Part shown: piece by piece, positions 29,294-37,123 of the stretch
Layout of the letters: each line of letters opens with the position of its first letter
Position numbering within the stretch: position 1 is the stretch's first letter
NCBI GenBank assembly: GCA_963844655.1
Contig: CAWJPA010000006.1
Span: 667,633-731,632, forward strand
Origin: an uncultured Actinomycetota bacterium
GTDB taxonomy: Bacteria > Actinomycetota > Actinomycetes > Streptosporangiales > Streptosporangiaceae
Reading direction: 5' to 3'
Length of the DNA: 64,000 nt
Program-made: the position numbers and the translations under genes
Notes under the pieces: model-generated
What the model was told of the DNA's origin: nothing
The model's input: the letters and a program-made list of their open reading frames with translations, nothing else
Databases searched by the model: none

Positions 29294-30468
29294 GAAGCCA
29301 TGGTCTCAGGCTGGCGGCGCGGCAGTTCGGCGGTCACGACCCACTGGCGGTCACGGCGCCCCGCCTCGAGGGTTCCGCTCAGCAGCCGGAGCCGTTCGTG
29401 CATGCCGATCAGCCCGTAGCCGCCGTTGACGGTGCTCACGTCCGCCAGCTGGCGGGTGTCCGCGTCCGGGGGCAGGTCGTTGCGGACGGTGAGCCGGACA
29501 TCGGCGTCGCCGTAGTCGAGACGGACCGCCACGGGCTGCCCCGCGGCGTGCTTGGCCGCGTTGACCAGGGCCTCCTGGGCGATGCGTAGCAGCGCGAGCG
29601 TGGCGTCCGGTGGCAGGGCCGCGGGGACGCCGCCGGTGTCGTAGCTGACGGGGACGCGATACCGCTGTGCGTGGGTGTCGGTGACCAGGGCGAGTTCCTC
29701 AGCGAGCGGCAGGGTGTCGGTGCGCAGGGCCTGAACCGCGCGGCGGGTCTCCACCAGGCCCTCGGCGGCCATCTGCTGGGCCGCGGCCAGCAGGTCACCG
29801 GCCTGGTCGGCGTCCTTGTGCAGCACCGACCGCGCCGCCTGGATCTGGATCCCGAGCGCGCCGAGCGAGTGGGCGAGCACGTCGTGGATCTCCCGGGCGA
29901 TGCGGGCGCGCTCGTCGAGGAGGTCGGCCCGGCGCTGCTCGGCCTGCAGCTGCTCGCGCTGGGCCAGCAGCGCCGCCGCCTGCTCCGCCTGGACCCGGTA
30001 CCCGCCCCAGTTGCGCCCGATCACCAGGCCGGTGAGCACGACCACAGGGAGCCCGAGCAGCGTGCCGTAGCTCTGGCCGAAAGCCAGCCCGCTGACCTCG
30101 ATCGCGAGTATGCCCGCCGCGGTCACGGCCAGCGCCGCCGCGAGGTCGCTGTTAATGCCCGCGGCCATCGCCGCCACGAACGCGAAGACCACCATGGCCG
30201 AACCGCCGCCGCCGGCGCCGGCCGCGAACCCCGAGGCGAAGGCGATCACCCCGCGGAGCACGAGCAGCGTCCAGGCGGGATATCGTGCCGCGGCGGCGGG
30301 GGACGCCTCCAGCACGGTCCAGGCCAGCAGGGCCAGGCCAAGCACGGCGTAGCACGCGATCTGGACCGGCAGGGCGGACGGCGCGCTCGGCGGGGCGATG
30401 AGGAACGCCAGCAGGCCGAGCCATACGAAGCCGAGGGCGCGGGCCAGCGCGTTGACCGTGCGCAGCAT
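29290..30468 (-). CDS. sensor histidine kinase (HisKA_3 type)
   Basis: Start ATG 30468 (MLRTVNALARALGFVWLG...) preceded by GGAGG. There are five to six TM segments, H-box IAREIHDVLAHSL, N-box ALVNAAKHA, and G-box GYGLIGMHERL. The upstream 146 codons of the track ORF look non-coding. Confidence 0.85.
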   Translation of the reverse strand: MLRTVNALARALGFVWLGLLAFLIAPPSAPSALPVQIACYAVLGLALLAWTVLEASPAAAARYPAWTLLVLRGVIAFASGFAAGAGGGGSAMVVFAFVAAMAAGINSDLAAALAVTAAGILAIEVSGLAFGQSYGTLLGLPVVVLTGLVIGRNWGGYRVQAEQAAALLAQREQLQAEQRRADLLDERARIAREIHDVLAHSLGALGIQIQAARSVLHKDADQAGDLLAAAQQMAAEGLVETRRAVQALRTDTLPLAEELALVTDTHAQRYRVPVSYDTGGVPAALPPDATLALLRIAQEALVNAAKHAAGQPVAVRLDYGDADVRLTVRNDLPPDADTRQLADVSTVNGGYGLIGMHERLRLLSGTLEAGRRDRQWVVTAELPRRQPETMAS

Positions 30469-30673
30469 GCCTCCAGTATCGGCCCAGGCGTGGCAGCGGC
30501 ACGTCAGCCCGCGGGCTGACGCCGGGGCTGACCCGCCGGCGCGGCCTGGCACCGCCTGGTACCAGGCCGCGCCCGTCATTCTCATGCCCGGGATCAGCCC
30601 GTGCTCTGACGCGCTTACCAGCGCAATTGGCGAATGTGGAGTCGCTAAAGAAACCCACTCGAAGGAGCGCGAG

Positions 30674-31237
30674 ATGCTTTCCGAACTGACCGAAGCAATG
30701 ATCGTCAACGGCGTCGTGCTCGCCACCGTGCTGGCCACCGACCTCGGCCCCGCACGCAAGATCAGCAAGATACGGCTGCTGCGTCCTGTGATCGCAGCCG
30801 CGGTGATCATCCCGTTCTTTGTCAACTGGCCGGCCACCCGCGGGATGGCCCTGGCGGTGGAGATCGCGGGCGTCGCCGCTGGCCTGCTGTGCGGGCTGGC
30901 CGCCAACGGCCTGATGGGCGTCTACCGGAGCCCGACGACCGGCAAGCCGGTCAGCCGGGCCGGGCTGCCGTACGCGATCTTCTGGACCGCCGTCATCGGC
31001 GCCCGCGCGGCCTTCTCCTACGGCTCCGTGCACTGGTTCACCGCCCCGCTGGTGAGCTGGGGCATCGCACACCAGGTCAGCGTCGCGGCCCTCACCGACG
31101 GGCTGATCTTCATGGCCATCGCCATGATCCTGGTGCGCACGGTCGCCCTCGGCGTGCGCGCGTCCCGGCTGCCGGCCCGAGCCCTCGAGCCGCGCAGCGC
31201 CGAGGCCGCCGCCCGGAGCGGCCAGCCCGGGGCCTGA
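30674..31237 (+). CDS. hypothetical integral membrane protein
   Basis: ATG 30674 is preceded by GAAGGAG. 187 aa with four to five hydrophobic helices (MIVNGVVLATVLA, VIAAAVIIPFFV, LAVEIAGVAAGLLCGLAA, LIFMAIAMILV). It is divergent from the two-component operon. Confidence 0.6.
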   Translation: MLSELTEAMIVNGVVLATVLATDLGPARKISKIRLLRPVIAAAVIIPFFVNWPATRGMALAVEIAGVAAGLLCGLAANGLMGVYRSPTTGKPVSRAGLPYAIFWTAVIGARAAFSYGSVHWFTAPLVSWGIAHQVSVAALTDGLIFMAIAMILVRTVALGVRASRLPARALEPRSAEAAARSGQPGA

Positions 31238-31257
31238 CGCCCGGAGCGGCCAGCCCG

Positions 31258-31289
31258 GGGCCCGGATGGCACCGACGCCATCCGGGCCC
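31258..31289. terminator. hairpin between the convergent membrane-protein and hydrolase genes
   Basis: 13-bp perfect stem GGGCCCGGATGGC / GCCATCCGGGCCC with the 6-nt loop ACCGAC. Confidence 0.55.
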
Positions 31290-31345
31290 AGCCCTTGCGA
31301 TCGGCGCTCGCCGGCCGGCGTCTGCCCGGGAGACCGGCACGTATG

Positions 31346-32056
31346 TCAGGCGGGACCCACGCTGGCCAGGATCGCCTGGCTGAGCGGCACCGGCCGGGTG
31401 AACTGCGGCCAGTGGCCCGTGGGCAGGTCGATAAAGTCGACGTCCCGGATCCGGCCGAGCTCCCGCACGTACGGATGTCCCTGCTCTATCCACTCGCGCA
31501 GCATCGCGGTCGGGAACTCGCACGCGATGACGCTGACTGGCACGTCGTAGCGGCGCCCGTCGGACAGCCGCTGCGGGTCGGTCGCCACGTGCACGGGCGT
31601 CGGGATCGCGCGCTCACGGAACGCCGCGCGCAGCCCGTCATCGAGGTCGGTGAGGTCCGCGTCGTCGAAGACCTCCCAGTCCGGCAGCGGGATCTCGCCA
31701 TCCTCGACCGGGAGCTCGTCGTTGATAATCCCGCCGTCGCCGAGCGGGCCGCTGTCCACGTAGACAACGCGAGCCACCCGGTCGGGCCGGGCGTCCACCG
31801 CGGCGTGCGCAACCGCGCCGCCACCCGAGTGCCCGACGAGGGCGACCTTGCCGCCGGCCGGATCCATGGAGTCGATAGTCCCGACAACCGCGTCGACATG
31901 ATCACGAAGAGTGATCCCGGAACGGTCGGTGTCCTTCGACTCCATGCCGGGCAGCGTGAGCGGGTGCGTCCGGTGCCCGGCCTCCCTGAGCGCGGGGACA
32001 ACCTCATCCCACGATGAGGCGTCGAGCCAGAAACCCGGTATCAGGATGATGTCCAT
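31346..32056 (-). CDS. alpha/beta hydrolase
   Basis: MDIILIPGFWLD..., nucleophile elbow VGHSGGG, and a C-terminal LPTGHWPQ (catalytic His). Confidence 0.85.
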   Translation of the reverse strand: MDIILIPGFWLDASSWDEVVPALREAGHRTHPLTLPGMESKDTDRSGITLRDHVDAVVGTIDSMDPAGGKVALVGHSGGGAVAHAAVDARPDRVARVVYVDSGPLGDGGIINDELPVEDGEIPLPDWEVFDDADLTDLDDGLRAAFRERAIPTPVHVATDPQRLSDGRRYDVPVSVIACEFPTAMLREWIEQGHPYVRELGRIRDVDFIDLPTGHWPQFTRPVPLSQAILASVGPA

Positions 32057-32309
32057 AAGCCGAGGCTAGGCGGCGCCACCGACACTTATGGCGCCGCCGT
32101 CCGCGCATCAGGACCTGAGCGAGCGGACGCCCGGCAGCGGATGCCTGGCCACCGCCGGGTCATGTCATCAGTAATCACACTGTTGTCGTTAACCACACCG
32201 CTGTCATTAGCATCAGGAGTCCCGGGTACCGGGATTTCTCACCGCCAGCGGCAGGCGCAGGCCGGCCCGAGACGGCTCCCCTCAGTGTAATTCCACAAAT
32301 AGCCTGCTA

Positions 32310-32326
32310 GAATTAGAACGAATTAG
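32310..32326 (+). promoter_or_regulatory. direct repeat GAATTAG-AAC-GAATTAG upstream of the toxin-antitoxin-like operon
   Basis: Read directly, 28 nt upstream of ATG 32354, in a locally AT-rich region. Confidence 0.35.
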
Positions 32327-32353
32327 CGGTAAGGCACGGGACATGGGCTGCCT

Positions 32354-32767
32354 ATGACAACTGCGTTTGATACTCAGCGCACCGGTACCCGAGCGGTTAC
32401 GCTTGGGAGTATGGCCACGGTGCGAGCTGCCGTGCCCACGATCCGGCACGAGTCCCGTCCCGGCCGTGGGGTGATGGTGGCTGCCCGCCTGACGGACCTG
32501 CAGGGCCCCACCGAGGGCACGGTCGAATTGCCACTCTGGCTGTTCTGGAGTTCCCCCGGTCACGCATTTGACCTCGGCGACCAGGATATGCGGCTGTGGC
32601 TGTACCAGACTGTGCTCCGGGAGGCGGGCCGCCTGGAGGATCTCACCGCTTACCTGGATGGCGAGACGCTGATCGCCCTGTGGCCAGAGCTCTATATCCC
32701 CAAGGGAGTCCGGCAGGCCTGGGAGGACGCGCACCCGATTTTGCGCGCCGCCGCGCCCGCTGTCTGA
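32354..32767 (+). CDS. antitoxin-like protein preceding an AbiEii/MenT-type nucleotidyltransferase
   Basis: 137-aa ORF whose TGA (32765-32767) shares one base with the ATG (32767-32769) of the toxin gene. It is homologous to ORF 573-914. The true start could be the internal ATG at 32411. Confidence 0.6.
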   Translation: MTTAFDTQRTGTRAVTLGSMATVRAAVPTIRHESRPGRGVMVAARLTDLQGPTEGTVELPLWLFWSSPGHAFDLGDQDMRLWLYQTVLREAGRLEDLTAYLDGETLIALWPELYIPKGVRQAWEDAHPILRAAAPAV

Positions 32768-33423
32768 TGCCCATCACCGGGCTGCATCGTGAGGTGGCCG
32801 TTATCGCGCTGCGTGCCGCCGCCCCGCATGGGTTCGCCCTGGGCGGCGGCAATGCCCTGATCGCTCACGGAATCACCGAGAGGCCCACCCAGGACGTCGA
32901 CGTCTTCAGCGACCTGGAGGGCGGCGTGGAGGCTGCCGCTGATGCGGTGGAGGCCGCGCTGCGCGACGCGGGCTTTGACACTGAGCGCCGGGACAAGACC
33001 GCCGGCCTCGCGGACATTTTCTACGGAATGGGCGATGGGCTGGCCGAGTGGATCGTCACCACGCCCGACGCAGAACAGATGATGCTGCAGATGGCCTACT
33101 TCGACCGGTCCCGCAGGCCAGTGATTATGGATATCGGGCCTGTCCTGGATCTCGAGGATGTGGTCGGCGGCAAGGTGTGCGCGCTGGCCAGCCGGGCCGA
33201 GCCCAGGGACTACATAGACACCGCGGCCGCTATGGACCACTACAGCATCGAGCAGATGATTCGTTTTGCCCGGCGGCTGGATCCTGGCCTCACTGACCGG
33301 GACTTCGGGGACGCTGGCCAGCGGCTGGACCGGTGGGGCGACGGGGTGTTCGCTTCCTTCGCGCTCAGCCCGCAGGACATCTCCGAACTGCGGGAGAGAT
33401 TCGCGGCCTGGCCCCGGTCCTGA
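32767..33423 (+). CDS. nucleotidyltransferase AbiEii/AbiGii (DUF1814, MenT-like) toxin family protein
   Basis: NTase signature FALGGGNALIAHGITERPTQDVDVF (G-G...D-x-D), a later acidic residue in PRDYIDTAAA, and a size of 218 aa. Confidence 0.8.
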   Translation: MPITGLHREVAVIALRAAAPHGFALGGGNALIAHGITERPTQDVDVFSDLEGGVEAAADAVEAALRDAGFDTERRDKTAGLADIFYGMGDGLAEWIVTTPDAEQMMLQMAYFDRSRRPVIMDIGPVLDLEDVVGGKVCALASRAEPRDYIDTAAAMDHYSIEQMIRFARRLDPGLTDRDFGDAGQRLDRWGDGVFASFALSPQDISELRERFAAWPRS

Positions 33424-33475
33424 CCCGGCCGAAATCCATTTTGGGGCCGGTGATCGCGGCGCGTAAGGTCTCTCC

Positions 33476-33943
33476 ATGCCCACATCAGCCGTCACCCAGG
33501 TCCAGGCTGCCCTCAGCGCGGCCGGCGTCGACATCGAGCTCACGCCCTTCGACGAGCCGGTCCCCACGGCTGTGGCCGCGGCCGCCGTGCTCGGTTGTGA
33601 GGTCGGGGCGATCGCCAACAGCCTGGTGTTCGAGGCGGCGGGCCACCCGCTCCTGGTCCTGGCCAGCGGCGCCCACCGCGTCGACACGGCCAGGCTGGCC
33701 GAGCGCCTCGGCACCGGCAAGATCCGCCGGGCCACGCCGGACTTCGTCTTCGAGCACACCGGCCAGCGCGTCGGCGGCGTGGCTCCGGTCGGGCACCCGA
33801 GGCGGGTGCGGACCATCGTCGACCCCGACCTCGCGGCGTACCCGGTGGTATGGGCCGGGGGCGGTGACGAGAACACGATGTTCGCCACCAGCTTCGACCA
33901 GCTCGTCGCGATGACCGGCGGCACCGCGGTTCCCGTGGTCTGA
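33476..33943 (+). CDS. YbaK/EbsC/ProX-type aminoacyl-tRNA deacylase domain protein
   Basis: 155 aa. GCEVGAIANSLVF...HTGQRVGGVAPVGHP...VWAGGGDENTMF matches the YbaK/prolyl-tRNA synthetase-associated domain pattern. Confidence 0.8.
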   Translation: MPTSAVTQVQAALSAAGVDIELTPFDEPVPTAVAAAAVLGCEVGAIANSLVFEAAGHPLLVLASGAHRVDTARLAERLGTGKIRRATPDFVFEHTGQRVGGVAPVGHPRRVRTIVDPDLAAYPVVWAGGGDENTMFATSFDQLVAMTGGTAVPVV

Positions 33944-34067
33944 ACCCCCGCCACTCCCCTCTCCCCCGGCAACCATGGTTGGACATAAAGGCGGGTGATA
34001 GCGCGCTTGACGGTCCGACGATCACCGCGGGCGTGAGCAGCAGGCCAGGCGCTGGCCCGTGCGGGCG

Positions 34068-34791
34068 CTAGCCCACGCGGCGCTGAGCCTGGATCGCGGC
34101 GAACTCGTCGGCGAGCTTCTGCTGGGCCACCTCGGTGGTGAGGCCGAGGCCGGTGAGCGCCCGCGCGGCGTCGCCGTCGGCGCCCAGGACTCCGAGCAGC
34201 AGGTGCTCGGTTCCGATGTAGTTGTGGCCCAGGCTGAGCGCGGCCTTGAGGGTGAACCGCAGCGCGGAGCGGCCGGCGTCGGTGAAGCGCAGCTGCCGGA
34301 GCGCGGCCGGGCTCCGCGTCGCCGGGACCGGCCCCGGCCTGGACGCCGAGCGCGGTCGTGACCTGCTCGTCGTTGAGCCCGGCCGCATGGATGATCCTGG
34401 CCGCCACGCCGTCGGGCTCGCTCAGCAGGCCGGCGGCCAGATGCCCGGCGTCGACCAGGTCCGCTCCCCCGGCCTCGGCGATCTGGCCGGCCGCGGCCAG
34501 CACGTTCCTGGACCGCTGGGTGAACCGGGAGAACTCGGCGCTCTCCCACCGCGACACGAAGCGCTGCTGCGCGGCCTGCTTGGTCACGCCCATGCTGGTG
34601 CCGATCTGACTCCAGGACGCGCCCAAGCGCCGGGCCTGGTCCACGAAATACCCGATCAGCGCGTCCGACTGCTCGTCGAGGCGGGCCGAGACGCTCATGG
34701 CGTCGGCGAGATTCTCCAGCGGCCCGCCGTCCGGCTGCAGGACCTTGACGAACGCGATCAGGTTGTCGAGTGACACGGGAAAATCGGCCAT
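34068..34791 (-). pseudogene. Clp_N (Clp R-domain) repeat protein with N-terminal HTH-like region, interrupted by a frameshift
   Basis: Repeat 1 (FTQRSRNVLAAAGQIAEAGGADLVDAGHLAAGLLSEPDGVAARIIHAAGL) is in the frame starting at ATG 34791. Repeat 2 (FTDAGRSALRFTLKAALSLGHNYIGTEHLLLGVLGADGDAARAL) is in the frame of ORF 34068-34388. The span is 724 nt (3n+1). The frame switch must lie at about 34302-34340, a region of G/C runs. Confidence 0.7.
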
Positions 34792-34792
34792 A

Positions 34793-34839
34793 CGTCAATG
34801 GTAAGTTGACGCATGGTGAGTGTCAATCTCGCATTGACG
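34793..34839. promoter_or_regulatory. two inverted repeats sharing the half-site TTGACG in a divergent promoter region
   Basis: CGTCAA-tggtaag-TTGACG (34793-34811) and GTCAAT-ctcgc-ATTGACG (34822-34839), between the Clp_N gene start (34791) and the small ORF/glmS operon. Confidence 0.45.
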
Positions 34840-34952
34840 AACCCCCCGCCTGCGTCCGGAGCTGCCCAAACCGGCGTATTCGCGCAGGCGAACTTAGCTT
34901 CTCTGCCCGATTCCGGGCAGGAAGTTGGCACTTCCGCTGCGGAGGCTGCACC

Positions 34953-35222
34953 ATGGGGCGGGTGCGCGACCGCGATCTTATCGACCGGGTAGCAAACTCC
35001 ACGGGACTGACGCCGGGCGAAGCAACCCGGGTCGTCGAAGACGTCCTGTCCTGGTACCGGGAGCCGGTCGAGGACTACATACGCCGCCGCCATGCGCATC
35101 ACCAGCTCTACGGCAAGCGCAACGAAGAGATCTTCGCGCTGATCGCCGACGAGCTGGCCGACCGCCTGGTCGCCGCGCCAACTCTCTCGCAGCGTCAGCT
35201 GCGCCGCATCGTCTACGGCTGA
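34953..35222 (+). CDS. small conserved-looking hypothetical protein (89 aa) immediately upstream of glmS
   Basis: ATG 34953 is preceded by GGAGG at a 7-nt spacing. Composition is ordinary (MGRVRDRDLIDRVANSTGLTPGEATRVVEDVLSWYREPVEDYIRRRHAHHQLYGKRNEEIFALIADELADRLVAAPTLSQRQLRRIVYG). The stop is 27 nt before the glmS ATG. Confidence 0.55.
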   Translation: MGRVRDRDLIDRVANSTGLTPGEATRVVEDVLSWYREPVEDYIRRRHAHHQLYGKRNEEIFALIADELADRLVAAPTLSQRQLRRIVYG

Positions 35223-35249
35223 GCAGCAGCAAAAAGGAGCAGGAACCGC

Positions 35250-37070
35250 ATGTGCGGAATCGTCGGCTACATCGGCAATCAGAACGCAGCGCCCATCCTG
35301 ATCGAAGGCCTGTCCCGCCTGGAGTACCGCGGCTACGACTCGGCCGGGATCGCGATCCTGGGCAGCAAGGGCGCCCAGGTGTACCGCAAGGTGGGCCGGG
35401 TCCGCGACCTTGACGCGTCGCTGCCCAAGCGCCTGGCCGGGAAGGTCGGCATCGGGCACACCCGCTGGGCCACCCACGGCCCGGCCACCGAGGAGAACGC
35501 CCACCCGCAGACCAGCGAGGACGGGCGGATCAGCGTGGTGCACAACGGCATCATCGACAACGCGGCCTCGCTGCGGGAGCGGCTGGACGCCAAGGGCGTG
35601 AAGTTCACCTCCGAGACCGATACCGAGGTCATCGCCCACCTCATCGCCCACTCCGAGGCCAGCACACTCGAAGGCGCGGTCCTCGACGTACTGTCCCGGA
35701 TCACCGGCACGTATGCCATCGCGGTGCTGGACGAGCAGCACCCGGACCGGCTCGTGGTCGCCAGAAACGGCTCCCCGCTCATCCTCGGCGTCGGCGACCA
35801 CGAGATGTTCATCGCCAGCGACCTAGCAGCGCTCGTCCGGCACACCACCTCCGTCGTGCACCTCGACGACGGTGAGCTGGCCACCGTGACTGCGTCCGAG
35901 TTCCGCACGTTCAGCCAGGAGCAGGAGAACACCGAGAAGGTCCCGACCACCGTCGACCTCGACCTTCAGGACGTCGGGCTGGGCGGCTACCGGCACTACA
36001 TGCGCAAGGAGATCATCGAGCAGCCGTCCACGATCGAGCGGATGATCCGCGGCCGCCTGGACGAGCGGTTCGGCACCGCGCGGCTGGACGGGCTGAACCT
36101 CAACCCGCGCGAGCTGCGCGGGTTCCGGCGGGTGAAGATCCTCGGCTGCGGCTCCGCCTACTACGTGGGCCAGATCGGCGCCGCCATGATCGAGGAACTG
36201 GCCCGCGTCCCGGCCGACGCGGAGCCCGCCTCCGAGTTCCGCTACCGGAACCCGATCGTCGAGCCCGACACGCTGTACGTCGCGGTCAGCCAGTCCGGGG
36301 AGACCGCAGACACGGCGTTCGCCGTGCAGGAGGTCAAGCGCAAGGGCGGGCAGATCGTCGGGCTGGTCAACGTCGTGGGCTCCACCATCGCCCGCGAGTG
36401 CGACGGCGGTATCTACCTGCACGCCGGGCCCGAGGTGGCGGTCGCGTCGACCAAGGCCCTCACGCACATGTCGATCGGGTTCGCGCTGCTGGCCCTGGCC
36501 CTGGCCCGGGTCCGCGACCTGTCCATCGCCGACGGCCAGCGGATCATCGCCGGGCTGCGCAAGGTGCCCGCCCAGATCGAGGAGATCCTGGCCGACGAGG
36601 AGCACATCGCCGAGGTCGCCCGGGGCCTGGCCGGCGCGGAGAGCCTGTTCTTCATCGGGCGGGTCCGCGGGTTCCCTGTCGCGCGCGAGGGCGCCCAGAA
36701 GTTCAAGGAGATCTCCTACCGGCACGCCGAGGCGTACCAGGCCAGCGAGCTCAAGCACGGCCCGCTGGCGCTGATCTGCGAAGAGCTGCCGACCGTGGCG
36801 ATCCTGCCGGCCGACGAGCTGACCGACCGCAACCTCGGCGCCATGCAGCAGATCCTGGCGCGCCGGGGGCCGCTGGTCGCGATCACCCATCCCGGCGTGA
36901 ACGTCGGCGAGCTGAACGTGCCAAGCATCGTGGTGCCCAAGAACGAGCGCGAGCTGGACCCGATCCTGCTGACCGTCCCGCTGCAGTTGATGGCGTACCA
37001 CGCCGCGCTCGCGCTCGGGCACGACATCGACAAGCCGCGCAATCTGGCCAAGTCGGTCACGGTGGAGTAA
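35250..37070 (+). CDS. glmS: glutamine--fructose-6-phosphate aminotransferase (isomerizing)
   Basis: N-terminal MCGIVGY (Cys nucleophile), two SIS domains, and a C-terminal ...NLAKSVTVE. SD AAAGGAG. Confidence 0.97.
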   Translation: MCGIVGYIGNQNAAPILIEGLSRLEYRGYDSAGIAILGSKGAQVYRKVGRVRDLDASLPKRLAGKVGIGHTRWATHGPATEENAHPQTSEDGRISVVHNGIIDNAASLRERLDAKGVKFTSETDTEVIAHLIAHSEASTLEGAVLDVLSRITGTYAIAVLDEQHPDRLVVARNGSPLILGVGDHEMFIASDLAALVRHTTSVVHLDDGELATVTASEFRTFSQEQENTEKVPTTVDLDLQDVGLGGYRHYMRKEIIEQPSTIERMIRGRLDERFGTARLDGLNLNPRELRGFRRVKILGCGSAYYVGQIGAAMIEELARVPADAEPASEFRYRNPIVEPDTLYVAVSQSGETADTAFAVQEVKRKGGQIVGLVNVVGSTIARECDGGIYLHAGPEVAVASTKALTHMSIGFALLALALARVRDLSIADGQRIIAGLRKVPAQIEEILADEEHIAEVARGLAGAESLFFIGRVRGFPVAREGAQKFKEISYRHAEAYQASELKHGPLALICEELPTVAILPADELTDRNLGAMQQILARRGPLVAITHPGVNVGELNVPSIVVPKNERELDPILLTVPLQLMAYHAALALGHDIDKPRNLAKSVTVE

Positions 37071-37123
37071 GCGCGGGTGGCTGCAGCCGGCACCGGGCGG
37101 GCACCTCGGGCCAGAATGGGCGG

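Noticed and set aside
32050-32085. 9-bp-stem hairpin GGCGGCGCC-N12-GGCGCCGCC as a terminator
   Set aside because: It lies at the 5-prime end of the hydrolase gene, and no co-directional gene ends nearby. There is no functional context for termination.
32692-34791. 699-aa minus-strand ORF
   Set aside because: Only the first ~150 codons (the Clp_N N-terminal part) look like protein. After the frameshift region the frame stays open by chance and runs antisense through the YbaK-like and toxin genes.
34840-35249. glmS ribozyme upstream of glmS
   Set aside because: Only 27 nt separate glmS from the preceding ORF. I could not recognise the conserved ribozyme core or pseudoknot in the leader further upstream. 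To my knowledge the ribozyme is not typical of this lineage. A covariance-model scan (Rfam RF00234) would settle it.
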